Assembly (NCBI GenBank): GCA_964458705.1
Contig: CAYWKD010000019.1
Location: forward strand, 2,193-66,192
Origin: an uncultured Saprospiraceae bacterium
Lineage (GTDB): Bacteria; Bacteroidota; Bacteroidia; Chitinophagales; Saprospiraceae
DNA: 64,000 bases
Direction of reading: 5' to 3'
Position 1 is the stretch's first letter. Every line of letters starts with the position of its first letter. Of this stretch, positions 27,336-35,307 are shown piece after piece. The notes under the pieces are model-generated. The model saw nothing but the letters and a program-made list of their open reading frames with translations, did no database searches and had not been told where the DNA came from. The position numbers and the translations under genes are program-made.

Positions 27336-27983
27336 ATGAACATACACCGTGAAGGAATTTCTATTTTAATTATCACTTTTTTTATTGTCACTGGCATCAA
27401 TTTAGCCACTTATTTCTTTTTTCCCATTATTTTTCCATTGACTTTAGTTGGCGCATTCATTTTATTTGGATTAACGATAAATTTCTTTCGCAACCCTCGA
27501 AGAGCAGTGCCGATAATGTCAGATGAAATGATTTATGCTCCTGCTGATGGAAAAGTAGTTGTAATAGAAGAAGTTATGGAGACAGAATACTTTAATGAAA
27601 AACGATTGCAGGTCTCTATTTTTATGTCTATTTATGATGTTCATGCTAATCGTTGCCCAGTAGAAGGAAAAGTTGTTTATTCTAAATACCATCCCGGCAA
27701 ATTCTTACTCGCTCGAAATCCAAAATCTTCAACGGACAATGAACGCAATACTTTAGTTATCCAAAATAAAAAAGGGTCTATTTTAATTAGACAAATTGCT
27801 GGAGCGGTAGCTAGACGCATCCGAAGTTATGTCAAACAAGATGAGCAAGTAGCCCAAGGTCAAGAACTTGGATTTATCAAATTTGGATCAAGGGCAGACT
27901 TATTACTGCCATTAGAAACTAAACTCAATGTAAAAATAGGTGATCAAGTTAAGGCGGGAGTGGATGTGATTGGGAAATGGTAG
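27336..27983 (+). CDS. psd: phosphatidylserine decarboxylase (short form)
   Basis: 215 aa with an N-terminal membrane segment and a self-cleavage Gly-Ser site in IKFGSRADLLLP. Confidence 0.88.
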   Translation: MNIHREGISILIITFFIVTGINLATYFFFPIIFPLTLVGAFILFGLTINFFRNPRRAVPIMSDEMIYAPADGKVVVIEEVMETEYFNEKRLQVSIFMSIYDVHANRCPVEGKVVYSKYHPGKFLLARNPKSSTDNERNTLVIQNKKGSILIRQIAGAVARRIRSYVKQDEQVAQGQELGFIKFGSRADLLLPLETKLNVKIGDQVKAGVDVIGKW

Positions 27984-28005
27984 ATTAAACTGAAATCAGT
28001 AAGCA

Positions 28006-28431
28006 ATGGAATTGTTACTACAATCATTACAGGAGATAGATCAAGCGGCAAAACAGCTTTTGGATTATGCGGCTGATCGAAAAAAAATAACATTTGTTGG
28101 TGAAATTGGTGCTGGTAAAACAACCTTCATCAAAGCTATTGCAAAAGAAATAGGTGTAGAAACAGAAGTAACCAGTCCTACATTTTCACTTATCAATGAG
28201 TATGAATATCAAAAAGTAGAAAAGCAGTGTGCTTATGTTTATCACATTGATTTGTATCGTTTACGCACCATTCAAGAAGCTATGGATATTGGTATTGAGG
28301 ATTATTTGTACGATCAGCATTACTGCTTCATTGAGTGGCCGCAGCTCATTGAACCTATTTTACCCGATGATGTAGTACAAGTGTTTATCGAAGCGTTGGA
28401 AGATTCTTCTCGAAAAGTGCTATTTTTGTAG
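28006..28431 (+). CDS. tsaE: tRNA t6A37 biosynthesis ATPase TsaE
   Basis: 141 aa with P-loop GEIGAGKTTF and the conserved SPTFSLINEY and HIDLYR segments. Confidence 0.85.
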   Translation: MELLLQSLQEIDQAAKQLLDYAADRKKITFVGEIGAGKTTFIKAIAKEIGVETEVTSPTFSLINEYEYQKVEKQCAYVYHIDLYRLRTIQEAMDIGIEDYLYDQHYCFIEWPQLIEPILPDDVVQVFIEALEDSSRKVLFL

Positions 28432-28460
28432 AGAAGGTAGATAAAAAAGAATAAAAATTT

Positions 28461-29678
28461 ATGGCTGACAAAAAGAAGGTGCACATATCCCCTAGTCTAA
28501 CCTATGACACACAACCCGAAGTGCTTCAAGTCGCACAGAAGCGCGGTGGATTGAGTATTGGTATTCCCAAAGAAGTCATTATGCAGGAAAACCGCACTGC
28601 GCTAGTCCCATCTTCAGTTATGACGCTTGTAGGGCACGGGCATCGAATCCTGGTTGAATCAGAAGCAGGAAAGAAATCTAATTTCACTAACCATGATTAC
28701 TCGGAAGCGGGTGCAGAAATTGCTTACAGCCAAGAGCAGGTATATAAAGCCGATGTCATTCTTAAAGTTGCACCACCTACCCTCGACGAAATTGAGTTAA
28801 TGCACGCTGGTCAAATTTTGATTTCACCGCTGCAACTCCCCATTATTAATGAAGAATATATCAAGCAGTTGCAAGAAAAGCGTGTCATCGCACTTGCAAT
28901 GGAATACCTAATGGACGAAAGTGGAAGTTTTCCCATTGTACGCATTATGAGCGAATTAGCTGGACTTTGTGCTATGCTCACGGCAGCAGAATTGTTGACC
29001 AACACACACAATGGAGTAGGAGTATTGCTAGGGGGTATCTCTGGTGTGCCACCAGCTAAAGTAGTTATACTAGGAGCAGGTATTGTTGCGGAGTACGCTA
29101 CGCGAACAGCACTAGGGCTGGGGGTAGAAGTACGCATTTTTGATGATAATGTATCTAAGCTGAAGCGGTTACAAACGCTTGTTGGGCATCAGCTCTACAC
29201 CTCCACAATCAATCCAGTCTATCTAAAACGTGAATTGCTAAATGCCGATGTTGTAATTGGTGCGATTCACTCAAAGTCGGGCAGAACACCTGTTGTTGTT
29301 ACAGAACAAATGGTAATGAATATGAAACCTGGCGCAGTCATTGTTGATGTGAGTATAGATCAAGGTGGATGCTTTGAAACTTCTGAAGTAACTACGCATG
29401 ACAACCCAACTTTTATACAACATGATGTAATCCACTACTGCGTACCAAATATTGCTTCTAAAGTATCTCGAACAGCTTCTGTTTCTGTCAGTAATATCAT
29501 CACACCTATCTTGCTCAAAGCCGCTTCTACTGGTAGCATTGAGCAATTGCTCTACAATGATAGAGGCTTGCGACATGGCGTTTATATTTACAAAGGCTGG
29601 CTTACAAATGAATACTTAGGTAAGCGATTCAACATCAAAAGTACCAATATTGACTTATTGATGACTTCGAGTCTGTAG
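28461..29678 (+). CDS. alanine dehydrogenase / PNT family NAD(H)-dependent enzyme
   Basis: 405 aa with AlaDH/PNT-type architecture and Rossmann motif VVILGAGIVAEYA. Confidence 0.75.
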   Translation: MADKKKVHISPSLTYDTQPEVLQVAQKRGGLSIGIPKEVIMQENRTALVPSSVMTLVGHGHRILVESEAGKKSNFTNHDYSEAGAEIAYSQEQVYKADVILKVAPPTLDEIELMHAGQILISPLQLPIINEEYIKQLQEKRVIALAMEYLMDESGSFPIVRIMSELAGLCAMLTAAELLTNTHNGVGVLLGGISGVPPAKVVILGAGIVAEYATRTALGLGVEVRIFDDNVSKLKRLQTLVGHQLYTSTINPVYLKRELLNADVVIGAIHSKSGRTPVVVTEQMVMNMKPGAVIVDVSIDQGGCFETSEVTTHDNPTFIQHDVIHYCVPNIASKVSRTASVSVSNIITPILLKAASTGSIEQLLYNDRGLRHGVYIYKGWLTNEYLGKRFNIKSTNIDLLMTSSL

Positions 29679-29762
29679 GTCAAAGCATCTGTATTGGAAG
29701 AATTTTTACGATCCTTTTTTCATTTATAAAAAGTGTATGCCAAATTTTCAAATCAACCTCCG

Positions 29763-30173
29763 ATGGATAAAGTAAGAATTGACAAATGGCTGTGGAGTGT
29801 CAGAATATTTAAGACAAGAACTCAAGCTGCTACTGCCTGTAAAACAGGGAAAATAAAAATTGACACGGTCAACGTAAAACCCTCCTATCTCATTAGTGAA
29901 GAAGAAGAATTAGAAGTCAAAAAAGGTGGTTTCGATCTGCGGTTTAAAGTACTAAAACTTATTGAAAAAAGAGTAGGTGCGCCTGTTGCTGTTACTTGCT
30001 ATGAAGACCTCACGCCAGCAGAAGAACTCGATAAATATAAAAGTTGGTTTGTTGGAAAAGCACAATCAGAAATGCGAGAAAGAGGCGTTGGTCGTCCTAC
30101 TAAACGAGAACGTCGTCAAATTGATGACTTTAAAGATATATGGTTTTTTGAGGAAGAAGAGGATGATGTCTAA
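29763..30173 (+). CDS. RNA-binding S4 domain protein (Hsp15-like)
   Basis: S4 motif MDKVRIDKWLWSVRIFKTRTQAATACKTGKIKID and an acidic C-terminal tail. The start is placed at the ATG (29763) rather than the upstream GTG of the ORF track. Confidence 0.8.
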   Translation: MDKVRIDKWLWSVRIFKTRTQAATACKTGKIKIDTVNVKPSYLISEEEELEVKKGGFDLRFKVLKLIEKRVGAPVAVTCYEDLTPAEELDKYKSWFVGKAQSEMRERGVGRPTKRERRQIDDFKDIWFFEEEEDDV

Positions 30174-30260
30174 TTAATTCTTGGTTGAAACAAAATTTAT
30201 TGTTTCTTAATCCTTGTTTATCTTTGCACTTCTTGCTAAATACTGAACATTAACAATCGT

Positions 30261-30626
30261 ATGGAAGATTGGGAATTTGATTTTGAATGGCTAGAAGTGC
30301 GGCACTTTGTAAAAGATACGCTACAACGCGAAACCTTACCTAACTTGAATGCTATTTTGTTTTTGATTGGGATTCAAGAGTTGGGATTTGTTAAAGAACA
30401 ATTTACAAAAGAAGAAAAACAGGATTTGATGCACATTGCCATTTGTAGGTTGTTGAGCGATGATCAGTACTACGAGTTTGAAGGAAGAGATGCAGATGGC
30501 TGGCCACATTGGAAAGCGCTGCGCCCGCTAAAAATAGAAGGAGTGAAAGAACAAGAGCGTGTGCTGAAGGAAAAAGTGATAGCGTATTTTAAAAGTGATA
30601 ATGGACAAAATATAGGCAAGCAATGA
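30261..30626 (+). CDS. hypothetical protein
   Basis: 121-aa ORF with coding-like composition and a 4-nt ATGA overlap with the downstream cyclophilin gene. No recognised motif. Confidence 0.5.
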   Translation: MEDWEFDFEWLEVRHFVKDTLQRETLPNLNAILFLIGIQELGFVKEQFTKEEKQDLMHIAICRLLSDDQYYEFEGRDADGWPHWKALRPLKIEGVKEQERVLKEKVIAYFKSDNGQNIGKQ

Positions 30627-31264
30627 GATTACACTGGCTCTTATTTGTTGTGTTTAGTTTGGTGGGATGTGAATCCAATAACAAATCGTATGTTGAAATA
30701 ACAACCGATTTTGGCACAATGAAATTTATGCTCTACGATTCTACGCCTCAGCATAGGGATAATTTCATTAAGCTAACAAAAGAAGGCTTCTACGATAGCT
30801 TACTATTTCATCGCGTCATTGATGGGTTTATGATACAAGGTGGTGATCCAGCATCCAAAAATGCTCCAAAAGGTGAAGTATTGGGTAAAGGCGGACCGGG
30901 TTATACGATTCCTGCTGAGATTAGTGCACCACATTTCAAAGGCACACTAGCTGCTGCTCGACAGCCAGACAATATTAATCCAATGCGTGTTTCCTCGGGC
31001 TCTCAATTTTTTATTGTACATGGCAAATCTTTTGACGAACTCCAACTAGGTTACATTGAGTTAGAGAAGGGCATTAGTTACAACGAAGCTCAAAAAGAAT
31101 TGTACCGAGAAGTAGGAGGCTATCCTTTGCTAGATAATGAATACACCGTATTTGGAGAGATGGTAGAGGGAATGGAAGTACTAGAGAAAATAGTAAAAGT
31201 TCAAACAGATCGCTACAAGCGTCCATTAGAAGATGTACGAATGCAAATTAAGATTATTGAGTAA
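30623..31264 (+). CDS. peptidylprolyl isomerase (cyclophilin type), lipoprotein
   Basis: Lipobox LVGC and cyclophilin core FHRVIDGFMIQGGDP...GSQFFIV. Confidence 0.9.
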   Translation: MRLHWLLFVVFSLVGCESNNKSYVEITTDFGTMKFMLYDSTPQHRDNFIKLTKEGFYDSLLFHRVIDGFMIQGGDPASKNAPKGEVLGKGGPGYTIPAEISAPHFKGTLAAARQPDNINPMRVSSGSQFFIVHGKSFDELQLGYIELEKGISYNEAQKELYREVGGYPLLDNEYTVFGEMVEGMEVLEKIVKVQTDRYKRPLEDVRMQIKIIE

Positions 31265-31317
31265 TGAATGCCATATTGAGCGGCTAAATAATTACAATAT
31301 TCAAATATTAAAGCATA

Positions 31318-32199
31318 ATGATAATTAGATTCGTTGTTATTTTAAGTCTTTTTTGTCTGGTAGGCTGTGCGCCCATTCCTTCATTCACCTATGAAGTAGA
31401 AAACAGTACTGCGCCGACTCATGTTATATTTAAAAACCAATCAGAAAAAGCTGAATCGTATCGCTGGCAGTTTGGAGATAATAATACTTCTGAAGAGGCT
31501 GAACCTAAGCACAGATACATAGCTTCGGGTAATTATGAAGTAACGCTTTTTGCTACAAAAAAGAATAAAGAAAAATCTATAAAACAAAGAATTGTGATTA
31601 AAGCACCAGAAAAATGTTTAGTCGAACTAGAAACAAAATTCGGCAATATCTTAATTGAATTATTTGATTCAACGCCTAAGCACCGTGATAACTTCACGAA
31701 ACTGGCGGAGCAGGGCTTTTATGATAGCCTACTATTTCATCGTGTTATTGATGGCTTTATGATACAGGGTGGGGATCCCGACTCAAAGGCTGCACCTACG
31801 GGAAAGCCGCTCGGAATGGGAGGCCCAGGTTACCAAGTAGAGGCAGAGATTATGCCGGACAACATACATATTAAAGGTGCTATTGCAGCAGCTAGAACAG
31901 GCGATCAAATAAATCCTGAGCGGAAGTCTTCCGGTTCTCAATTTTATATTGTTCAAGGCAGACCAGTAACAAAACCGATGCTAGAAGTTATGGAGAATCG
32001 CATGGGCATCAAATATACGGACGAGCAAAAAGCAGCTTATCTTGAAAAAGGAGGAACGCCACAGTTGGATGCTCAATATACAGTGTATGGTCAAGTGGTG
32101 GAAGGCTTGGATATTATTGATAAAATTGCAAAAGTCGGAACTGATGCTCGGGATCGTCCTGCGGAAGATCTTACGATGAAAGTGAGGGTGATAAAATAA
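31318..32199 (+). CDS. PKD-domain / cyclophilin-type peptidylprolyl isomerase fusion, lipoprotein
   Basis: Lipobox LVGC and a PKD-like segment (VIFKNQSEKAESYRWQFGDNNTS...HRYIASGNYEVTL). This is followed by the cyclophilin core FHRVIDGFMIQGGDP...GSQFYIV. Confidence 0.85.
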   Translation: MIIRFVVILSLFCLVGCAPIPSFTYEVENSTAPTHVIFKNQSEKAESYRWQFGDNNTSEEAEPKHRYIASGNYEVTLFATKKNKEKSIKQRIVIKAPEKCLVELETKFGNILIELFDSTPKHRDNFTKLAEQGFYDSLLFHRVIDGFMIQGGDPDSKAAPTGKPLGMGGPGYQVEAEIMPDNIHIKGAIAAARTGDQINPERKSSGSQFYIVQGRPVTKPMLEVMENRMGIKYTDEQKAAYLEKGGTPQLDAQYTVYGQVVEGLDIIDKIAKVGTDARDRPAEDLTMKVRVIK

Positions 32200-32286
32200 A
32201 CGTAATTATTATTCCTCATGGATTATAATTGAAAAGGTCAAAAAGGCGCACTCTATTTTGTACTAGCACTTAGAAAATACATTTAC

Positions 32287-33636
32287 GTGTCAGACATATT
32301 TATTTATACCCATCAAACCTCGCCTCGACTTGAGTATATTCTTGAAGTTTTACTAGGAAATTTGCTCGGACTCACTTACAAGGTAAGTAGCAATTTGAGT
32401 GAGTTTGTCGATGTGAAATTGCCTAAAATTAATTACGGAAATAACGATCTAACGGCAAAGGCTATACATATAAAGCCACAAGGCCTACTACAATCTCAAG
32501 TAATTGAGCAACAATCAATAAAGCCTACGAACTACAATAGTTTCACTATCTTTTTTGAGCAAGATACTGATTTTGGATTTGATATTTTTGCAGCTAGCTT
32601 TTATTTATTGGTGCGCTATGAAGAATATTTGCCTTTCAAAAGTGATCAGTATGGAAGATTTCCAGCTACGGAAAGTTTAGCATATCAAGCTAACTTTCTG
32701 GAACAACCCTTGATACATCACTGGGCTGCCTACCTGAAAGCGCAACTGTTTCGGCAGTTCTCTCAGTTATCTTTCCAACCACCAAAATTTAAGTTTCAAC
32801 CTACTTTTGATATTGACTTAGCTTGGGCATTTCAGCATCGTTCATTTTACCGCACTGCCGGCGCAATTGTTAAAGACTTAGTATCATTTAATTTTGACTT
32901 ACTGATTCAACGCTTACAAATCTTACTGCGCTTACGCCCCGACCCATTTTTTGTGTTTGAGGAATTGAAAATACTGCACAACCAATATGAATTCAAACCT
33001 ATTTTTTTCTTCTTATTAGGCAATTATGGTGTTTTCGATAAAAATATCGCTCATCAAAAAAAAGCATTGCAACAATTGATTCAAACTCTAGATCGAGATT
33101 ATGAGGTAGGTATTCATCCCTCTTATGCTTCTAATAGCTCCGTAGAACTGCTAAAAAAAGAACTTCAACGACTTCAAACAATAATACAAAAGCCAGTTAA
33201 GCATAACAGGCAACATTTCTTAAAACTCTCTTTTCCAAACACTTACCAGAATTTAATTCAATTAGGTATTAAACAAGACTTCACGATGGGATATGCCGAT
33301 GAAATTGGGTTTCGGGCAAGTATTGCTATACCTTTTTATTGGTACGATCTCTCTAAAGAAGTAAAGACAAAACTATTAATTCATCCATTTCAAGTGATGG
33401 ATGTAACGCTAAAACAGTATTTAGCACTTTCACCAGAAGTGGGTTTAGAAAAAATAAGTAACTTGATTGACCGAATTGAAGAGGTAGGTGGAACGTACTG
33501 CACGCTCTGGCACAATAGCTCTTTCAGTCATTTAGAAGGTTGGCAGGGATGGAAAAAAATGTATGAAAATATGTTGGCATATGCGTATCAAAAAAGCTTA
33601 AATGCCGATTATCCTCATACCCAAAAACACAAATAA
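32287..33636 (+). CDS. conserved hypothetical protein, possibly polysaccharide-deacetylase-like
   Basis: 449-aa ORF with a GTG start. Segments GIHPSY, NRQHFLKL and CTLWHNSSF recall CE4/deacetylase-superfamily proteins. This is from memory only. Confidence 0.45.
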   Translation: MSDIFIYTHQTSPRLEYILEVLLGNLLGLTYKVSSNLSEFVDVKLPKINYGNNDLTAKAIHIKPQGLLQSQVIEQQSIKPTNYNSFTIFFEQDTDFGFDIFAASFYLLVRYEEYLPFKSDQYGRFPATESLAYQANFLEQPLIHHWAAYLKAQLFRQFSQLSFQPPKFKFQPTFDIDLAWAFQHRSFYRTAGAIVKDLVSFNFDLLIQRLQILLRLRPDPFFVFEELKILHNQYEFKPIFFFLLGNYGVFDKNIAHQKKALQQLIQTLDRDYEVGIHPSYASNSSVELLKKELQRLQTIIQKPVKHNRQHFLKLSFPNTYQNLIQLGIKQDFTMGYADEIGFRASIAIPFYWYDLSKEVKTKLLIHPFQVMDVTLKQYLALSPEVGLEKISNLIDRIEEVGGTYCTLWHNSSFSHLEGWQGWKKMYENMLAYAYQKSLNADYPHTQKHK

Positions 33637-33963
33637 TAAGCCGATAACAAGACTACCTGCTATGTTAAGAAAAGCGAAGTACAAATGTCCTTCTTGCAAG
33701 AGCTGTAAGGACTCCGCCGAAAAAGTAGAAAAAGTACTGAACCCACCGCAGAAACCTGTCGCTAGCAACAACCGATAAGGAGTAGCCAACTCCCCTTTAA
33801 TGCTCCAACTGAGCAACATTCCCAACAGAAAACAACTTATTGCATTTGCTACAATTGTCCCTAATGGAAATGTTACAATATAGCGGCTCAATAATAATCC
33901 TATTCCAAAGCGGCAGATACTTCCCAATCCCCCCCCCAAAAAAACGATCAAGAAATGAGACAT
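33598..33963 (-). CDS. crcB: fluoride channel CrcB/FluC
   Basis: 121 aa, four TM helices, with motifs GGGLGSICRF and GFCGGFSTFSTF. Confidence 0.9.
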   Translation of the reverse strand: MSHFLIVFLGGGLGSICRFGIGLLLSRYIVTFPLGTIVANAISCFLLGMLLSWSIKGELATPYRLLLATGFCGGFSTFSTFSAESLQLLQEGHLYFAFLNIAGSLVIGLLFVFLGMRIIGI

Positions 33964-34014
33964 CTGGTATTTTGTTTAGATAAGTCTTTTGCAATACTTT
34001 AAATTTCATAAGAT

Positions 34015-34041
34015 GACGGCTTGCTTTCTTTGCAAGCCGTC
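34015..34041 (-). terminator. hairpin after the thiolase gene (probable operon terminator)
   Basis: 10-bp perfect stem GACGGCTTGC / GCAAGCCGTC with a 7-nt loop, 10 nt downstream of the thiolase stop. The trailing sequence is A/T-rich but has no clean U-run. Confidence 0.45.
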
Positions 34042-34050
34042 CCTTTGTGC

Positions 34051-35223
34051 TTAATTCAACAACTCATATACTCCAGCAATGCCTTGACCACCACCGACAC
34101 AAGCAGTAACCATACCATATTTGTTACCACGACGGCGCATTTCACTGAAAAGCTGTGTGGATAGTTTTGCTCCTGTGCAACCCAGCGGATGCCCCAGCGC
34201 AATAGCCCCTCCATTTACATTTACAATGTCTGGATTCAGCCCCGCTTCCTGAATGACTGCCAGTGACTGTGTCGCAAATGCTTCGTTCAATTCGATCAAG
34301 TCAATATCGTTTAATTTTATTCCGGCTTGCTTCACAGCTTTTGGAATAGCTACACAAGGACCAATACCCATATAAAGTGGATCGACACCACCAACCGAAC
34401 AAGAAGCCAAACGTGCAATCGGCTCAAGATTCAGTTCTTTTACCATGCGCTCGCTCATCACCAATACGAATGCAGCGCCATCTGAAGTTTGAGAAGAATT
34501 ACCTGCCGTTACGCTACCACCTTGTGCGAACACAGGCCGCAGTTTGCTCAGTGCTTCTATGGAAGTAGCACGACGCACTCCTTCATCCATGCCTACGATG
34601 TGAGTACTTTCTACTCGCTTACCGTTTTTTACGAACACCTCTGGTACTTCTATTGGTACAATTTCATCATTGAATTTGCCTTCATCAATTGCTTTTGCTG
34701 CTAGTGTGTGTGAACGCAGCGCAAACTCATCTGCTTTATCTCTCGGAATATTATACTTCGCTGCCACTGCTTCTGCTGTAATGCCCATACTCACTACATA
34801 GTCAGGTGTTTCTTTTGCTACGTTATAGTTAGGAGCTAGCTTATATCCAGTCATTGGAATCATACTCATGCTCTCTGTGCCGCCAGCTATATAGATCTCT
34901 CCCATACCAGCTTTTATTTTAGCGGTAGCAATAGAAATCGTCTCTAACCCCGAAGCACAATAACGGTTTACGGTCATTCCAGCTACTGGTTTACCCAATG
35001 CACGTACAGAAATTTGGCGACCGATTTGTAAACCTTGCTCTCCCTCTGGATTAGCACAACCTACAATCACATCATCTACTAGGTGTGGGTCTAACGCTGG
35101 CACTTGTGCCATCAAGTGCTTAATTATATCTACCGCAATATCATCCGAGCGATAGTTTTTAAATCCGCCTTTTTTTGCTCTTCCCACTGCCGAGCGATAG
35201 GCTTTTACTATATATGCGTCCAT
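34051..35223 (-). CDS. fadA: acetyl-CoA C-acyltransferase (3-ketoacyl-CoA thiolase)
   Basis: Nucleophile context NRYCASGLE and C-terminal CVGGGQG. The start is placed at MDAYIVKAYRSA (35223) rather than the ORF-track start at 35268. Confidence 0.92.
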   Translation of the reverse strand: MDAYIVKAYRSAVGRAKKGGFKNYRSDDIAVDIIKHLMAQVPALDPHLVDDVIVGCANPEGEQGLQIGRQISVRALGKPVAGMTVNRYCASGLETISIATAKIKAGMGEIYIAGGTESMSMIPMTGYKLAPNYNVAKETPDYVVSMGITAEAVAAKYNIPRDKADEFALRSHTLAAKAIDEGKFNDEIVPIEVPEVFVKNGKRVESTHIVGMDEGVRRATSIEALSKLRPVFAQGGSVTAGNSSQTSDGAAFVLVMSERMVKELNLEPIARLASCSVGGVDPLYMGIGPCVAIPKAVKQAGIKLNDIDLIELNEAFATQSLAVIQEAGLNPDIVNVNGGAIALGHPLGCTGAKLSTQLFSEMRRRGNKYGMVTACVGGGQGIAGVYELLN

Positions 35224-35307
35224 TTTTTTGTTTTGATATTTGGCAGATACTTTGCATACCGTGACCAAATGTTAGTTGAATATAGATTTTTCGGCAACTA
35301 CGCTCCA

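Noticed and set aside
29977-30177. 66-aa alternative-frame ORF overlapping the 3' half of the S4-domain gene.
   Set aside because: It is on the same strand but in a different frame, with a K/L-rich translation that lacks motifs. The S4-domain frame is clearly the coding one.
33964-34050. Expected fluoride riboswitch (crcB motif) upstream of crcB.
   Set aside because: The 87-nt region contains only the thiolase terminator-like hairpin (34015-34041). I could not recognise the conserved crcB-motif pseudoknot sequences. An Infernal scan with RF01734 would settle this.
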